A stretch of 64,000 bases of DNA from Oceanicoccus sp. (GTDB lineage: Bacteria; Pseudomonadota; Gammaproteobacteria; Pseudomonadales; Dasaniaceae): assembly GCA_965661375.1 (NCBI GenBank), contig CBFIDJ010000013.1, positions 62,455-126,454 of the forward strand, given 5' to 3'. Under the pieces are notes generated by a model. It worked only from the letters and a program-made list of their open reading frames with translations. It was not told the DNA's origin and made no database searches. The translations under genes and the position numbers were made by a program. Positions 1-10,045 of this stretch are shown piece by piece. Every line of letters begins with the position of its first letter. The first letter of the stretch is position 1.

Positions 1-366
1 AATATCCGGGTCGCGATTGGCACCGGCTTCTGCTAGTTGGTCGAGGTAATCCTGCCACCAGGCTTGCTGGTTAGTGCAGAGCTGGTAAAAATAATCCCAG
101 GAATAAATGCCCGAGTCGTGGCCATCACTGAAAAACAGTTGCAGCGCGTAATTACCAACGGGATTAATATTGTCGATGGTGACGTTGATCTTGCCAGTTT
201 GCAGAACCTCCTGCCCAGGGCCGTGGCCACGCACTTCCGCTGACGGAGAATAGACGCGCAGATACTCACAACTCAGCTGATAGCTTTCATTGTCGGAATA
301 GCGTAGCTCCAGCGTTTTGGCGCGCTGGTGCAATTCAATGCTGGTTGGAACGGGAGGGTTGCTCAT
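1..366 (-). CDS. DUF971 / gamma-butyrobetaine hydroxylase-like N-terminal domain protein (3' end runs off the window)
   Basis: Manual translation from ATG at 366: MSNPPVPTSIELHQRAKTLELRY...SCEYLRVYSPSAEVRGHGPGQEVLQ...VGNYALQLFFSDGHDSGIYSWDY, typical DUF971 motifs; directly downstream of hslU. Absent from the ORF track because no stop lies within the window. Confidence 0.85.
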   Translation of the reverse strand, partial: MSNPPVPTSIELHQRAKTLELRYSDNESYQLSCEYLRVYSPSAEVRGHGPGQEVLQTGKINVTIDNINPVGNYALQLFFSDGHDSGIYSWDYFYQLCTNQQAWWQDYLDQLAEAGANRDPDI

Positions 367-418
367 CGTACTTCTCTTTAAAAAACGCTAAACCATCTTA
401 AACTGTAAAAAAACCGAA

Positions 419-1738
419 TTACAGGATAAAGCGGCTTAAATCTTCGTCTTTGATTAATTCCGACAGTTTGTCATTGACGTAGTTTTCGTCAATCGACAGG
501 GCGGTACCGCTATTATCGGTGGCGGTAAAAGACGCTTCATCCAGTAACCGTTCCATTACGGTGTGAAGGCGGCGAGCGCCGATATTCTCGGTGCGCTCGT
601 TCACTTCCCAGGCGGTTTCGGCAATGCGCCTAATGCCAGTGTCGGTGAAGGAAATATCCAGCCCCTCGGTTTTCAGCAAGGCGTGGTATTGTTCGGTCAG
701 TGAAGCATCCGGCTCAGTCAGTATGCGCTCGAAATCCTCCGGCGACAGGGCTTCCAGCTCAACCCTTAACGGCAGGCGGCCCTGTAATTCGGGAATTAAA
801 TCGGAAGGTTTAGAGAGATGGAAGGCACCCGATGCGATAAACAAAATATGGTCGGTTTTGATCATGCCATGCTTGGTGCTAACGGTGCAGCCTTCAATCA
901 ACGGTAGTAAATCGCGCTGCACGCCTTCACGGGATACGTCAGCGCCAGCACCTTCGGCGCGCTTGGCCACTTTGTCCAGTTCGTCGATAAACACGATGCC
1001 GTTTTGTTCCGCGGCATACACGGCGCTGGCTTTGAGTTCATCTTCATTGATCAGCTTGGCGGCTTCCTCTTCCTGAATTTTTTTCAGCGCCGCTTTCACG
1101 GTCATCTTGTTGGTTTTCTTTTTACCGCTACCCATGCTGGAGAACATGCTTTGTAATTGACTGGTCATATCTTCCATGCCGGGCGGTGCCATAATCTCCA
1201 CACCAATCGGCGCGGCGTTGACTTCAATTTCTATTTCCTTGTCGTCGAGCTCGCCTTCGCGTAATTTTTTACGAAATAACTGACGGGTGGTGTTTTCCTT
1301 TTCGTTGTCATCCTCACCACGAGCAGAGGGTAGTAGCACGTCCAGTACCCGCTCCTCGGCGGCATCGGCAGCACGGTGTTTAACTTTTTCGATTTCCTGT
1401 TCACGCAGCATTTTGATAGAGACATCCACCAGATCGCGCACAATGGATTCGACATCGCGGCCCACATAACCCACTTCGGTAAATTTGGTGGCTTCCACTT
1501 TAATAAAGGGCGCGTTGGCGAGCTTGGCCAAACGGCGGGCGATTTCGGTTTTACCGACACCGGTAGGACCAATCATCAGAATATTTTTCGGGGTAATTTC
1601 CGCGCGCAGATTTTCATCCAGCTGCATACGGCGCCAGCGATTACGCAGAGCAATAGCGACGGCGCGCTTGGCCTTTTCCTGACCGATGATATGTTTATCG
1701 AGTTCGTGAACGATTTCCCGGGGGGTCATTTGTGACAT
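419..1738 (-). CDS. hslU: ATP-dependent protease ATPase subunit HslU
   Basis: [17 protein letters not shown] start, Walker [32 protein letters not shown]. Confidence 0.99.
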   Translation of the reverse strand: MSQMTPREIVHELDKHIIGQEKAKRAVAIALRNRWRRMQLDENLRAEITPKNILMIGPTGVGKTEIARRLAKLANAPFIKVEATKFTEVGYVGRDVESIVRDLVDVSIKMLREQEIEKVKHRAADAAEERVLDVLLPSARGEDDNEKENTTRQLFRKKLREGELDDKEIEIEVNAAPIGVEIMAPPGMEDMTSQLQSMFSSMGSGKKKTNKMTVKAALKKIQEEEAAKLINEDELKASAVYAAEQNGIVFIDELDKVAKRAEGAGADVSREGVQRDLLPLIEGCTVSTKHGMIKTDHILFIASGAFHLSKPSDLIPELQGRLPLRVELEALSPEDFERILTEPDASLTEQYHALLKTEGLDISFTDTGIRRIAETAWEVNERTENIGARRLHTVMERLLDEASFTATDNSGTALSIDENYVNDKLSELIKDEDLSRFIL

Positions 1739-1827
1739 GTGCTTGGTTACCTTTTTCCCCGCTGCCTGGGGAGCTGCATAAATTTTGAATTGAAATGAGC
1801 TGGTGTCGGAGTAGTTACTCGGCCAAT

Positions 1828-2373
1828 TTAGCCTTCGCAGTCCAGTTCTTCGATCCGTAAATTGTGGTTGGTATAGACGCAGATATCGCCGGCAATAGTC
1901 AGACCTTTTTCGACGATGTCGCGGGCACTTAATTCCGTGTTTTCCAGTAAGGCTTTGGCGGCAGACTGCGCAAAGGGGCCACCGGAACCAATGGCGATCA
2001 GGTTGTCTTCGGGTTCGATTACATCACCGTTACCGGTAATCACCAGTGAGGTGGTTTTGTCGGCCACGATCAGCAGGGCTTCAAGCTGTCGCAGTGAGCG
2101 CTCAGTACGCCACATTTTGGCCAACTCAACCGCCGCGCGAGTCAGATGGCCCTGGTATTTTTCCAGTTGAGCTTCAAATAATTCAAACAGGGTAAAGGCA
2201 TCGGCGGTGCCGCCTGCAAAACCGGCCAACACCTGCTCGTGGTAGAGGCGGCGTACCTTGCGGGCATTGCCTTTCATGACGGTATTGCCCATGGAGACCT
2301 GGCCATCGCCACCGACGACGACTTTGCCCTGACGGCGTACAGAGAGAATGGTGGTGCCTCGATATTGATCCAA
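1828..2373 (-). CDS. hslV: ATP-dependent protease peptidase subunit HslV
   Basis: TTILSVRR N-terminal Thr nucleophile, [19 protein letters not shown]; TTG start; adjacent to hslU. Confidence 0.98.
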   Translation of the reverse strand: MDQYRGTTILSVRRQGKVVVGGDGQVSMGNTVMKGNARKVRRLYHEQVLAGFAGGTADAFTLFELFEAQLEKYQGHLTRAAVELAKMWRTERSLRQLEALLIVADKTTSLVITGNGDVIEPEDNLIAIGSGGPFAQSAAKALLENTELSARDIVEKGLTIAGDICVYTNHNLRIEELDCEG

Positions 2374-2423
2374 ACCGAAAATCCTTAAAAACTGGAAGTT
2401 GTGAGCGAAACTATAATGGGGCT

Positions 2424-2451
2424 ATATGGGGGCTTTTAGGCTAAAAACAAG
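2424..2451 (-). promoter_or_regulatory. sigma32 (RpoH) heat-shock promoter of hslVU
   Basis: Minus strand CTTGTT-N14-CCCCATAT versus consensus CTTGAA-N13-17-CCCCATNT, about 50 nt upstream of the hslV start; hslVU is a known RpoH regulon member. Confidence 0.75.
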
Positions 2452-2508
2452 TATGCCGATGACAAGAGAGGCCGAAAACCTGTGCGCTGTAAACTGACTG
2501 CCGGTTAA

Positions 2509-3072
2509 TCAGGCATCTGCCTTGCGTTTCAACAGTAATGTATCAATCCCCTCATTGATCAGAATGCCGCGCGCTTTGGAAAGGCTGGAGCGCTCGTGGA
2601 AGGGACCAACCTGTACCCGGTGCCAGGTGCCATTGCCGGTAGCGACCTGCTCGACTCTGGCTTCCAGCCCCATCAGGATCAGTCGCGCGCGCAGCCGATC
2701 GGCATCCTCGGCCTGTTTGAAGGAGCCGGCCTGTAGTATGTAGATGATTTTTTCCCGTTGCGCGGCGGGAATATTTTCTTCCTCTGTGGGGACGATAACT
2801 TCACGTTCGGGCAGCAGGGTATAAAAATCAAACTTGGTGGTGATTGATTTTTTTGCTTCGGATTTGGCCTCTTCCACTTTGGCCTTTAGCTGCTCGGGGG
2901 CCGGCTCGGGGGTGACTCCGGCCAGATGGGCCAGAAAACTGATAAACAGGCCCGTGACAATACCAGTAAACAGCCATACCCAGCCGGGTACCTGGCTTTT
3001 CGGTGCGGCCTTTTTATTGCTGGTGCTTGGTTTTTTTTTAGGCTGTTGTTTTTTAGCGAAATCGTGGGTCAT
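2509..3072 (-). CDS. SPOR-domain cell division protein (FtsN-like)
   Basis: Basic N-terminus, one TM helix, FDFYTLLP motif, C-terminal SPOR domain (LQAGSF...WHRVQVGPF); argS-SPOR-hslVU gene order. Confidence 0.9.
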   Translation of the reverse strand: MTHDFAKKQQPKKKPSTSNKKAAPKSQVPGWVWLFTGIVTGLFISFLAHLAGVTPEPAPEQLKAKVEEAKSEAKKSITTKFDFYTLLPEREVIVPTEEENIPAAQREKIIYILQAGSFKQAEDADRLRARLILMGLEARVEQVATGNGTWHRVQVGPFHERSSLSKARGILINEGIDTLLLKRKADA

Positions 3073-3131
3073 AGTGAACTCAATTGCACGGGCGGAGTAT
3101 GGCTGGGCTGCCGAGCTTAACAGCTACAGTG

Positions 3132-4874
3132 TTACATCTCTGTCGGTGCCGATACCCCCAGCAAGTCTAGTCCATTTTCAATCACTTGCCGTACGGCTTC
3201 GCTCAACGATAGGCGGGCATTACGCAGCGCCTGATCGTCGATCAGCATTTTGTGGGCGTTATAGTAGCTATGGAAATCACCGGCCAATTCGCGCAGATAG
3301 TTGGCGATACTGTGCGGTTCACAATTCTCTGCGGCGGTTTTAATCAGCTCGGGATAGGCGGCCAGACGGTTAAGCAGGGCTTTCTCGCTATCCTCGGTCA
3401 ACAGCTCCAGAGTGTTGCTTTCGCTCTCCGCTGACCAGCTCCAGCCATGATCGGCCAATTTACGCAGCATGCTACAAACCCGGGCATGAGCGTATTGAAT
3501 ATAGTAGACCGGGTTGTCATTGGTTTGAGAAATGGCCAGATCAATATCAAAGGTCAATTGTGAAGTCGCTGCGCGCGCCGCGAGGAAATAGCGAGTGGCA
3601 TCACGGCCCACTTCGTCGATCAGGTCGCGCAGGGTGACGTAGCTGCCGGCGCGTTTGGAAATTTTTACCTCTTCACCACCGCGCATTACCATTACCATCT
3701 GGTGCAGCACATACTCCGGCCAATCGGCGGGAATGGATAAATCCCGGCTCTGGCTTACCGCCTGAACACCGGCCCGTACACGGGTAATAGTGCTGTGATG
3801 ATCCGCGCCCTGTTCGTTGACGACGCGCTCAAAACCGCGCTGCCATTTGTTCAGGTGGTAGGCGACATCGGGTACAAAGTAGGTGTAGCCGCCTTCTCTC
3901 TTTATGGTGGTTCCTGACACAGGGTCAAGCTCTTCTGTGTCAGATTTTCTCATCACCCGGTCTTTATCATCACCGAAGTCGGTAGTCTTCAGCCACAGAG
4001 CGCCGTCTTTTTCGTAGGTGTGGCCACTGGCAATCAATTGCTCGACGGTTTGCTCAACGTCGCCATCGTCATATAACGATGACTCCAGATAATAGACATC
4101 AAAATCGACCCCAAAGGCCTTCAGATCCAGATCCTGTTCGCGACGTAAATAGGCTACGGCAAAGTCGCGAATGGCATCGAGGTTATCCGCATCGCCAGCG
4201 CCGGTGACGTTTTTATCCTCGGCGGTAATGGTGTCTTTAGCCATATAGGATTTGGCCACATCGACAATATATTCACCGCGATAACCATCCTCCGGCCAGC
4301 TGTTGTCCTCGGGGCCAAGGCCCTTACAGCGCGCCTGCACCGAGTTGGCGAGGTTGTTGATCTGTTGGCCGGCGTCGTTGTAGTAGAACTCGGCGGTGAC
4401 ATTCCAGCCGGCGGCTTCCAGTAAGCGACATAGCGTGTCGCCAACAGCGGCGCCGCGCCCGTGACCTACATGCAGCGGGCCCGTAGGGTTAGCGGAGACA
4501 AATTCCACCTGTACTTTGCGGCCTTTGCCATCGTCGCAGCGACCAAAGCTTTTGCCCTGGTTGAGAATATCCTTGACCACCGCGCTTGCGGCAGCTTCGT
4601 TAAGGAAGAAGTTGATAAAACCGGGGCCAGCAATTTCCGCTTTGGCGACTTTGTCCGAGGCGGGCAGGCTATCAATAATCAACTGAGCGACATCACGCGG
4701 TGGCTTTTTCGCGGCCTTGGCCAACGTTAAGGCAATATTGCTGGCGAGGTCACCATGATTTTTGTCTTTGGTTCGATCAATCGATACTTGCGGCTGGATA
4801 TCGGCGGGCAGGCTGCCCTTTTCAACCAGTGTGTTAAGGGCTTCGGTGATCAGTTGCGCGATATGATTTTTCAT
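3132..4874 (-). CDS. argS: Arginine--tRNA ligase
   Basis: [18 protein letters not shown] (HIGH), ISKRAG (KMSK-like), YIQYAHAR. Confidence 0.99.
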   Translation of the reverse strand: MKNHIAQLITEALNTLVEKGSLPADIQPQVSIDRTKDKNHGDLASNIALTLAKAAKKPPRDVAQLIIDSLPASDKVAKAEIAGPGFINFFLNEAAASAVVKDILNQGKSFGRCDDGKGRKVQVEFVSANPTGPLHVGHGRGAAVGDTLCRLLEAAGWNVTAEFYYNDAGQQINNLANSVQARCKGLGPEDNSWPEDGYRGEYIVDVAKSYMAKDTITAEDKNVTGAGDADNLDAIRDFAVAYLRREQDLDLKAFGVDFDVYYLESSLYDDGDVEQTVEQLIASGHTYEKDGALWLKTTDFGDDKDRVMRKSDTEELDPVSGTTIKREGGYTYFVPDVAYHLNKWQRGFERVVNEQGADHHSTITRVRAGVQAVSQSRDLSIPADWPEYVLHQMVMVMRGGEEVKISKRAGSYVTLRDLIDEVGRDATRYFLAARAATSQLTFDIDLAISQTNDNPVYYIQYAHARVCSMLRKLADHGWSWSAESESNTLELLTEDSEKALLNRLAAYPELIKTAAENCEPHSIANYLRELAGDFHSYYNAHKMLIDDQALRNARLSLSEAVRQVIENGLDLLGVSAPTEM

Positions 4875-5023
4875 TCGAGTTTATGGCTATCTGGCCTGGT
4901 CGGTGAAGGAAAACAAAAAGGGCGCGTATTATCCTGATTTTTGCCCCTGTCGGCTAGGCGTCTGGTGGACTTAAGGTTGTTGGCATTGACAATAACAGGC
5001 TTGGCCCTGGACTGAGCAGTCTG

Positions 5024-5797
5024 TTAGGGCACAAACTTTAACAGCAGTTCCGGGGTGTCGGTAAAATCTCTGGCATTGCTACCCACGCGTTTGGCGGTTG
5101 TGATAATGCCCGGAGAGTAGGTGTAACAGACGCCTTGCATGGCTGCTGAGTCCTGAGCCGGGGTATCGGCCATTTGGGCAATATCGTATTTGCGAGCCTG
5201 GGCAACAAAATAACCCTTCTGTAAGGCCAGTGCGGCATCCAGCTCGTTGGCGCCCAGCGTCTGTTTGGCCCAGCGTGAAAACCCTTTATAAATAGACTGG
5301 CCGTGGAATTCTGAGGGTGTCTTGATAAGCCAGTCCTGTATTTGCCAGTCGAGCACAACTCGGCCATCCAGTTCCACTTTACAGGAGCTTGGTCCATTTT
5401 CAGGCTCGTCATCGACGGCTATATCCAGCTGTCGAATGGTTTCACCGCGCAGGGCGTGGTGCATCGCCAATACACTGAGGTCGTAGAGGTGGGTACAGTT
5501 TTGCTTGGGGTCGACCTGTTGGTACAGCTCAGCTGTTGCTGTGTTGAGTGGAATGCCAGCCAGAGCTTTAAGTTGCGTCACTGCGCCGCTGCAGACATTG
5601 AAGGGCGTGCGCAGGGCCTCGGCGTCTACGGCAGTTATCCGTTGGTCGTCGTGATGCAGGCGTACTCGAAAGCCGTGGTAGCTGTCTTCCAGTTCGCCAA
5701 TCACTTTGCCGGGCAGGCCCGTTAAGCGAATACGACGGCGGAAAACACCCTGTCCATAGTTTGGGTTGGGAAGCAGGTCAGCAGCAAGTTCGGGCAT
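5024..5797 (-). CDS. DUF2889 domain-containing protein
   Basis: LEDSYHGF, P-x-x-x-C and NCTHLYDL motifs recalled for DUF2889. Confidence 0.7.
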   Translation of the reverse strand: MPELAADLLPNPNYGQGVFRRRIRLTGLPGKVIGELEDSYHGFRVRLHHDDQRITAVDAEALRTPFNVCSGAVTQLKALAGIPLNTATAELYQQVDPKQNCTHLYDLSVLAMHHALRGETIRQLDIAVDDEPENGPSSCKVELDGRVVLDWQIQDWLIKTPSEFHGQSIYKGFSRWAKQTLGANELDAALALQKGYFVAQARKYDIAQMADTPAQDSAAMQGVCYTYSPGIITTAKRVGSNARDFTDTPELLLKFVP

Positions 5798-5904
5798 GAT
5801 GAGGTGTCACCACAGCAGTTGCATAAGTTCAGGATATTCCCTCTATGCTGCCAGCCTTGAGCGTAAATCACAATCCGGGCGAAAAAAAACCAGAGAAAAA
5901 ATGC

Positions 5905-8196
5905 TTAGAAGATTTCGATAGGGTCTACGTCGATCGACCAGCGAAGTTTGCTGGCAGAGGGTTGTTGTTCTGCCAACACAATCAATTGCTGCAAAATAAA
6001 GTGCAGATTTTTGCGCTGCTCGGCCCGCAATAGCAGATGCACTCGATAGCGCCCGGCCTTGCGTGTCATCGGTGCGGGTAAAGGGCCGAATAAAGCAACG
6101 CCGTATTGCAGGGCAGAGGTTTGTAACTGGTCGCGCAGGTTATGCAGAAAGGTCTCGGGCTGTGGCAGATTTCCGGCTTCGGCGCGAACCAGTGCCAGTT
6201 GCGAAAACGGCGGCAGGCCGAGGGTGTGGCGCTCGTTCAATAATTGGCGAGCAAAGTGGTGATAGCCGCGGTCAAGCAGGCAATTCAGTAGGGGGTGTTC
6301 GGGTTGGTGAGTCTGGATAATCACGGTGCCAGGTTTACTCTCGCGGCCGGCGCGGCCGGCCACCTGGGTTAATAATTGCCCGGTTTTTTCCAACCCGCGA
6401 AAATCAGCACTGAACAATCCACCGTCGGCATCCAGGATCGCTACCAATGTGACATCGGCAAAGTGGTGGCCCTTGGCCAGCATCTGGGTACCCACCAGAA
6501 TACAGGGGTCACCGCGATTGATATCGTCGGTTAATTGTTGCATGGCAGCCTTGCGCGAGGTGGTATCGCGATCAATCCGAATAACTTCGGTGTCAGGGAA
6601 TAATCGGTTTAGAGCCTGCTCACTGCGTTCAGTGCCTGAGCCGTGAAAATCGATCTGCCGGCTGTGACAGTTTGGGCACTGTTTGGGTAGTGGGGTTTGC
6701 TGTTCACAGTGGTGGCAGCGCAGCATTTGCTGGCGATAGTGAACGGTCATGCGGGCATCGCAGTGGCTGCACTGGGCGATATAGCCGCAGTCGTGACACA
6801 TCAATACCGGGGCAAAACCGCGCCGATTGATGAACACCAGTACCTGATTACCGAGTTTGATTTCGCGGTGAATTGCCTGCAGCAACAGGGGGCTAAAACC
6901 CTCTTCCAATGGCGCGTGGCGAATATCCATTAATTCAAAACGGGGAGCGGCTGCACCGGTGGCACGGTGCTTAAGGGTAAGGTGTCGATAACGCCCCTGC
7001 AGCGCATTGTGCAGGGTTTCCAGGCTGGGGGTGGCAGAACCCAGCACGATAGGGCAATGCTCGCTGGCTGCACGCTTGATGGCGACATCGCGGGCGGAAT
7101 AGCGAAAGCCCTCCTGCTGCTTGAAGGAACTGTCGTGTTCCTCGTCGATAATGATCAGTCCGGGCTTTGCCAGCGGACTGAACACCGCCGAGCGGGTACC
7201 GATGACGATACCCGCTTCGCCACTGGTGGCCTGCTGCCAGGACAGTAGTCGTTCCCGATCCGTCAGACCCGAATGATAGGCGGCCACCGGACAGTTAAAG
7301 CGTTGTTGAAAGCGGCTCAGGGTTTGCGGCGTGAGGCCAATCTCGGGGATTAACACCAGCGCCTGCCGTCCCAGTTGCAGGCAGCGTTCAATTAGTTGCA
7401 GATAGACTTCGGTTTTGCCACTGCCGGTGACACCTTCCAACAGATAACACTGAAAGCTGGATTGCTGCGCTAACTGGCTCTCATTGATGGCATCAACCGC
7501 CGTTTGTTGCTCGCTGTTTAATGCCAGTGATGGGGTGCGTAGCAGCTGTTGCGGGGGAGGGTCTATGGCGGCAGGTGCTTCTGCTTCTGCCTCAAAGGCC
7601 ACCGCCAGTCCCTTATTGACCAGTGCTTTGGCGATAGCCCGGCTGATCCCGGCCTGTTCCAGCTCGCTGGCACTGACATGGTCCTGCTGTTGTAGTCGTT
7701 CCAATAGCAAAGCCTGTTTAGTGGAACGCTTCAACGCGCCAATGGGCAGGCCCTTGCCTTCAGTGCTCAGACGCCAGTGACGCTCGGTGTGCTGGATCAG
7801 AGGCTCGCCTTTGCGCAACAACCCTGGAATGCTATTGGCTAGCGCATCACCTCCCGGGTGTTGATAGTAAGTGCTTGCCCACTGGCAGAGTGACAGTAGT
7901 CTGGGGGGGAGAATGGGTTTGTCATCCAATAGCTCGCAAACGGCCTTTAGCTTGTTGGGATCAAGCTCGGTTTGCTCCTTGATGGCCAGCAGTATGCCCA
8001 CTACCTGGCGGTTGCCAAAGGGAGCTTTGACACGAATACCGGGCTGTAGCTGTTTAAGCGTAGCCTCGTCGATGCCCGCAGGCGGTAAATAGTCGAAACT
8101 TCGCCGCAGGGGTGTGGGTATAGCGAGACTGAGAATAAGCATGCAAGGCGTTTTATCGTTAGTGTCTGTAAGAACTCGGGCTTTAGGGGACAGCAT
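5905..8196 (-). CDS. priA: Primosomal protein N' (replication restart helicase)
   Basis: GVTGSGKTEVY, DEEHD, SATPSLE, Cys-rich CHDC/CSHC/CHHC/CPNC cluster; divergent from rpmE. Exact start uncertain. Confidence 0.98.
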   Translation of the reverse strand: MLSPKARVLTDTNDKTPCMLILSLAIPTPLRRSFDYLPPAGIDEATLKQLQPGIRVKAPFGNRQVVGILLAIKEQTELDPNKLKAVCELLDDKPILPPRLLSLCQWASTYYQHPGGDALANSIPGLLRKGEPLIQHTERHWRLSTEGKGLPIGALKRSTKQALLLERLQQQDHVSASELEQAGISRAIAKALVNKGLAVAFEAEAEAPAAIDPPPQQLLRTPSLALNSEQQTAVDAINESQLAQQSSFQCYLLEGVTGSGKTEVYLQLIERCLQLGRQALVLIPEIGLTPQTLSRFQQRFNCPVAAYHSGLTDRERLLSWQQATSGEAGIVIGTRSAVFSPLAKPGLIIIDEEHDSSFKQQEGFRYSARDVAIKRAASEHCPIVLGSATPSLETLHNALQGRYRHLTLKHRATGAAAPRFELMDIRHAPLEEGFSPLLLQAIHREIKLGNQVLVFINRRGFAPVLMCHDCGYIAQCSHCDARMTVHYRQQMLRCHHCEQQTPLPKQCPNCHSRQIDFHGSGTERSEQALNRLFPDTEVIRIDRDTTSRKAAMQQLTDDINRGDPCILVGTQMLAKGHHFADVTLVAILDADGGLFSADFRGLEKTGQLLTQVAGRAGRESKPGTVIIQTHQPEHPLLNCLLDRGYHHFARQLLNERHTLGLPPFSQLALVRAEAGNLPQPETFLHNLRDQLQTSALQYGVALFGPLPAPMTRKAGRYRVHLLLRAEQRKNLHFILQQLIVLAEQQPSASKLRWSIDVDPIEIF

Positions 8197-8496
8197 CGAC
8201 GCTGTCAGTCAAGGCAGGCAGTGTAGCAAAAGGAGTGGGGGAGGATGCCAGTTTTGTCGTGCAGTCACGTCTGAAGGTATTAACGGCGAAGATTGATTGC
8301 ATTTGGTCCTTGCTCTGGTATTATGCATCGCCTGATTTTTCACCAGTTCTGCGCAAGGCATTGAAGGCCAGGCAGAGCTGATTTCAGTACCGTGCAAGGC
8401 CTGTCGGTTCCAGGGAGGAGCCTGTTAGTTGACTCGCTCAATAGTTAGCTAAAAGATCGGACCCTGTGGCGGTGCACTACTTGATAGGAAATAACC

Positions 8497-8721
8497 ATGA
8501 AAGCTGATATTCATCCCAAATACGCGTCGATCACCGCTACCTGCTCTTGCGGAAATCAAATCACTACTCGTTCAACCGTGGGTAAAGATCTCCATCTGGA
8601 CGTCTGCTCTGCCTGCCACCCGTTCTATACAGGCAAGCAGAAAATGGCTGATGCCGGTGGTCGTGTTGATCGCTTTAACAAGCGTTTCGGCAACCGTTCT
8701 ACAAAGGGTTCTGCCGCATAA
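8497..8721 (+). CDS. rpmE: 50S ribosomal protein L31 (zinc-binding type A)
   Basis: [13 protein letters not shown] and [23 protein letters not shown]. Confidence 0.99.
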   Translation: MKADIHPKYASITATCSCGNQITTRSTVGKDLHLDVCSACHPFYTGKQKMADAGGRVDRFNKRFGNRSTKGSAA

Positions 8722-8725
8722 GGTG

Positions 8726-9607
8726 ATGGCTATAGCCAAATCCTTCCGAGCGCCCAGTCAATTTTGGCTGGGCGTTTTTGTATGCGTCGTTTATGTCGGT
8801 GTAGTGCATGTAGGGCTGCTATTTGGCGCTGGTCAGCTCCATGCCGAGTCGGTGGCATCGACGTTGGAGCAAGGGGGCGGTTGCCCGGCCCAGGGCGAGC
8901 TGCAGTGGGCTAGAATAGCGAAGGTGGTTGATGGCGATACGCTGCGGCTGGTGGATGGGCGCAAATTGCGGCTGATTGCGGTGAACGCTCCGGAAACTGC
9001 AAGGAAGAATCAGCCGGCCCAGCCCTTTGCCTCTCAAGCTAAGGCAGCGGTGGAACAGTTTTTTAACCGTGATCCGCGTATTGCCCTGCAAATTGGCCTG
9101 CAGCCAAATGATAAATACGGTCGTGTGCTGGCGCATGTGTTTAATCGCTCGGGCGAGAGCCTGGCGGCAACTCTGTTGGCACAGGGTTTGGCCTGGCATA
9201 TCACGGTCCCGCCAAATATTGTCTATAGCGATTGTCTGAGGAGTGTGGAGCGGGTCGCCAGAAAGCAGCGCCGAGGGATATGGGCTGATGGTGATCAGCC
9301 ATTGGATGCTGCCAGACTACAACTGACGGATACAGGTTTTCAGCGGGTTCGTGGACAGTTACTGAGTGTTGAGCGCAGTCGTGATGGCTGGTGGTTGCAA
9401 CTTGGTCAATTAGCGGTCCGGCTCAGCGAGCGTGATTTGCCCTATTTTGGCCAGATTGATCCCAAAGATTGGCTGGGACAAACAGTTACTATTCGTGGCT
9501 GGGTTATTGATAGAAGTCTGCGGCAAACGCCGGAGCAGCACCAACGCTATTCAGCCTTAATGGTCCAGCTCAGGCATCCCGTGATGATTGAGTTTGATCG
9601 GTCATAG
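8726..9607 (+). CDS. Thermonuclease (SNase-like) family protein, probably exported
   Basis: VVDGDTL, RLIAVNAPE, DKYGRVLAHV motifs; hydrophobic N-terminus. In-frame ATG at 8726 preferred to the track start 8651, which overlaps rpmE. Confidence 0.88.
   Translation: MAIAKSFRAPSQFWLGVFVCVVYVGVVHVGLLFGAGQLHAESVASTLEQGGGCPAQGELQWARIAKVVDGDTLRLVDGRKLRLIAVNAPETARKNQPAQPFASQAKAAVEQFFNRDPRIALQIGLQPNDKYGRVLAHVFNRSGESLAATLLAQGLAWHITVPPNIVYSDCLRSVERVARKQRRGIWADGDQPLDAARLQLTDTGFQRVRGQLLSVERSRDGWWLQLGQLAVRLSERDLPYFGQIDPKDWLGQTVTIRGWVIDRSLRQTPEQHQRYSALMVQLRHPVMIEFDRS
8750..8779 (+). terminator. Intrinsic terminator after rpmE, overlapping the nuclease N-terminal codons
   Basis: GCGCCCAGTCA-ATTT-TGGCTGGGCGT followed by TTTT. 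Confidence 0.7.
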
Positions 9608-10045
9608 TTTATCGACCGTATTGGTGTGGTGATAGATCTGGGTAGTTGCGGGCGTATCAGTTGCCATCAATATGAAAGTCCTGCACAGGCAGGTCGTCGC
9701 CCAAAAGAAACTTGTGAGAAAATTCGCTTTTCTATATTCTTCGCGGTGCAGTTTCTCAGTGAAAACGCCACCATCTAATGTTAGCTTGCGAAAAATCTTA
9801 TAGTGACAGTGTCACTGAAGAATCACTGAAAAAGAGTGTCAGGCTAAGGCAGGGTGCAAAAAACTACAAATTACAAATATAGTCTACAAACACAATCTAC
9901 ATATAAAAGTACAAGTCATATCTGTGACGGCAAAGCGATCAATGTTGAGGTTGGCGGTTGTTGCTCGCGCCGCATCATGCTCAGGTCTTTGCACCGGTTT
10001 TAAGTGATTGAACGTTTACAGCAAAAATTCTAACGGGATGAAATT

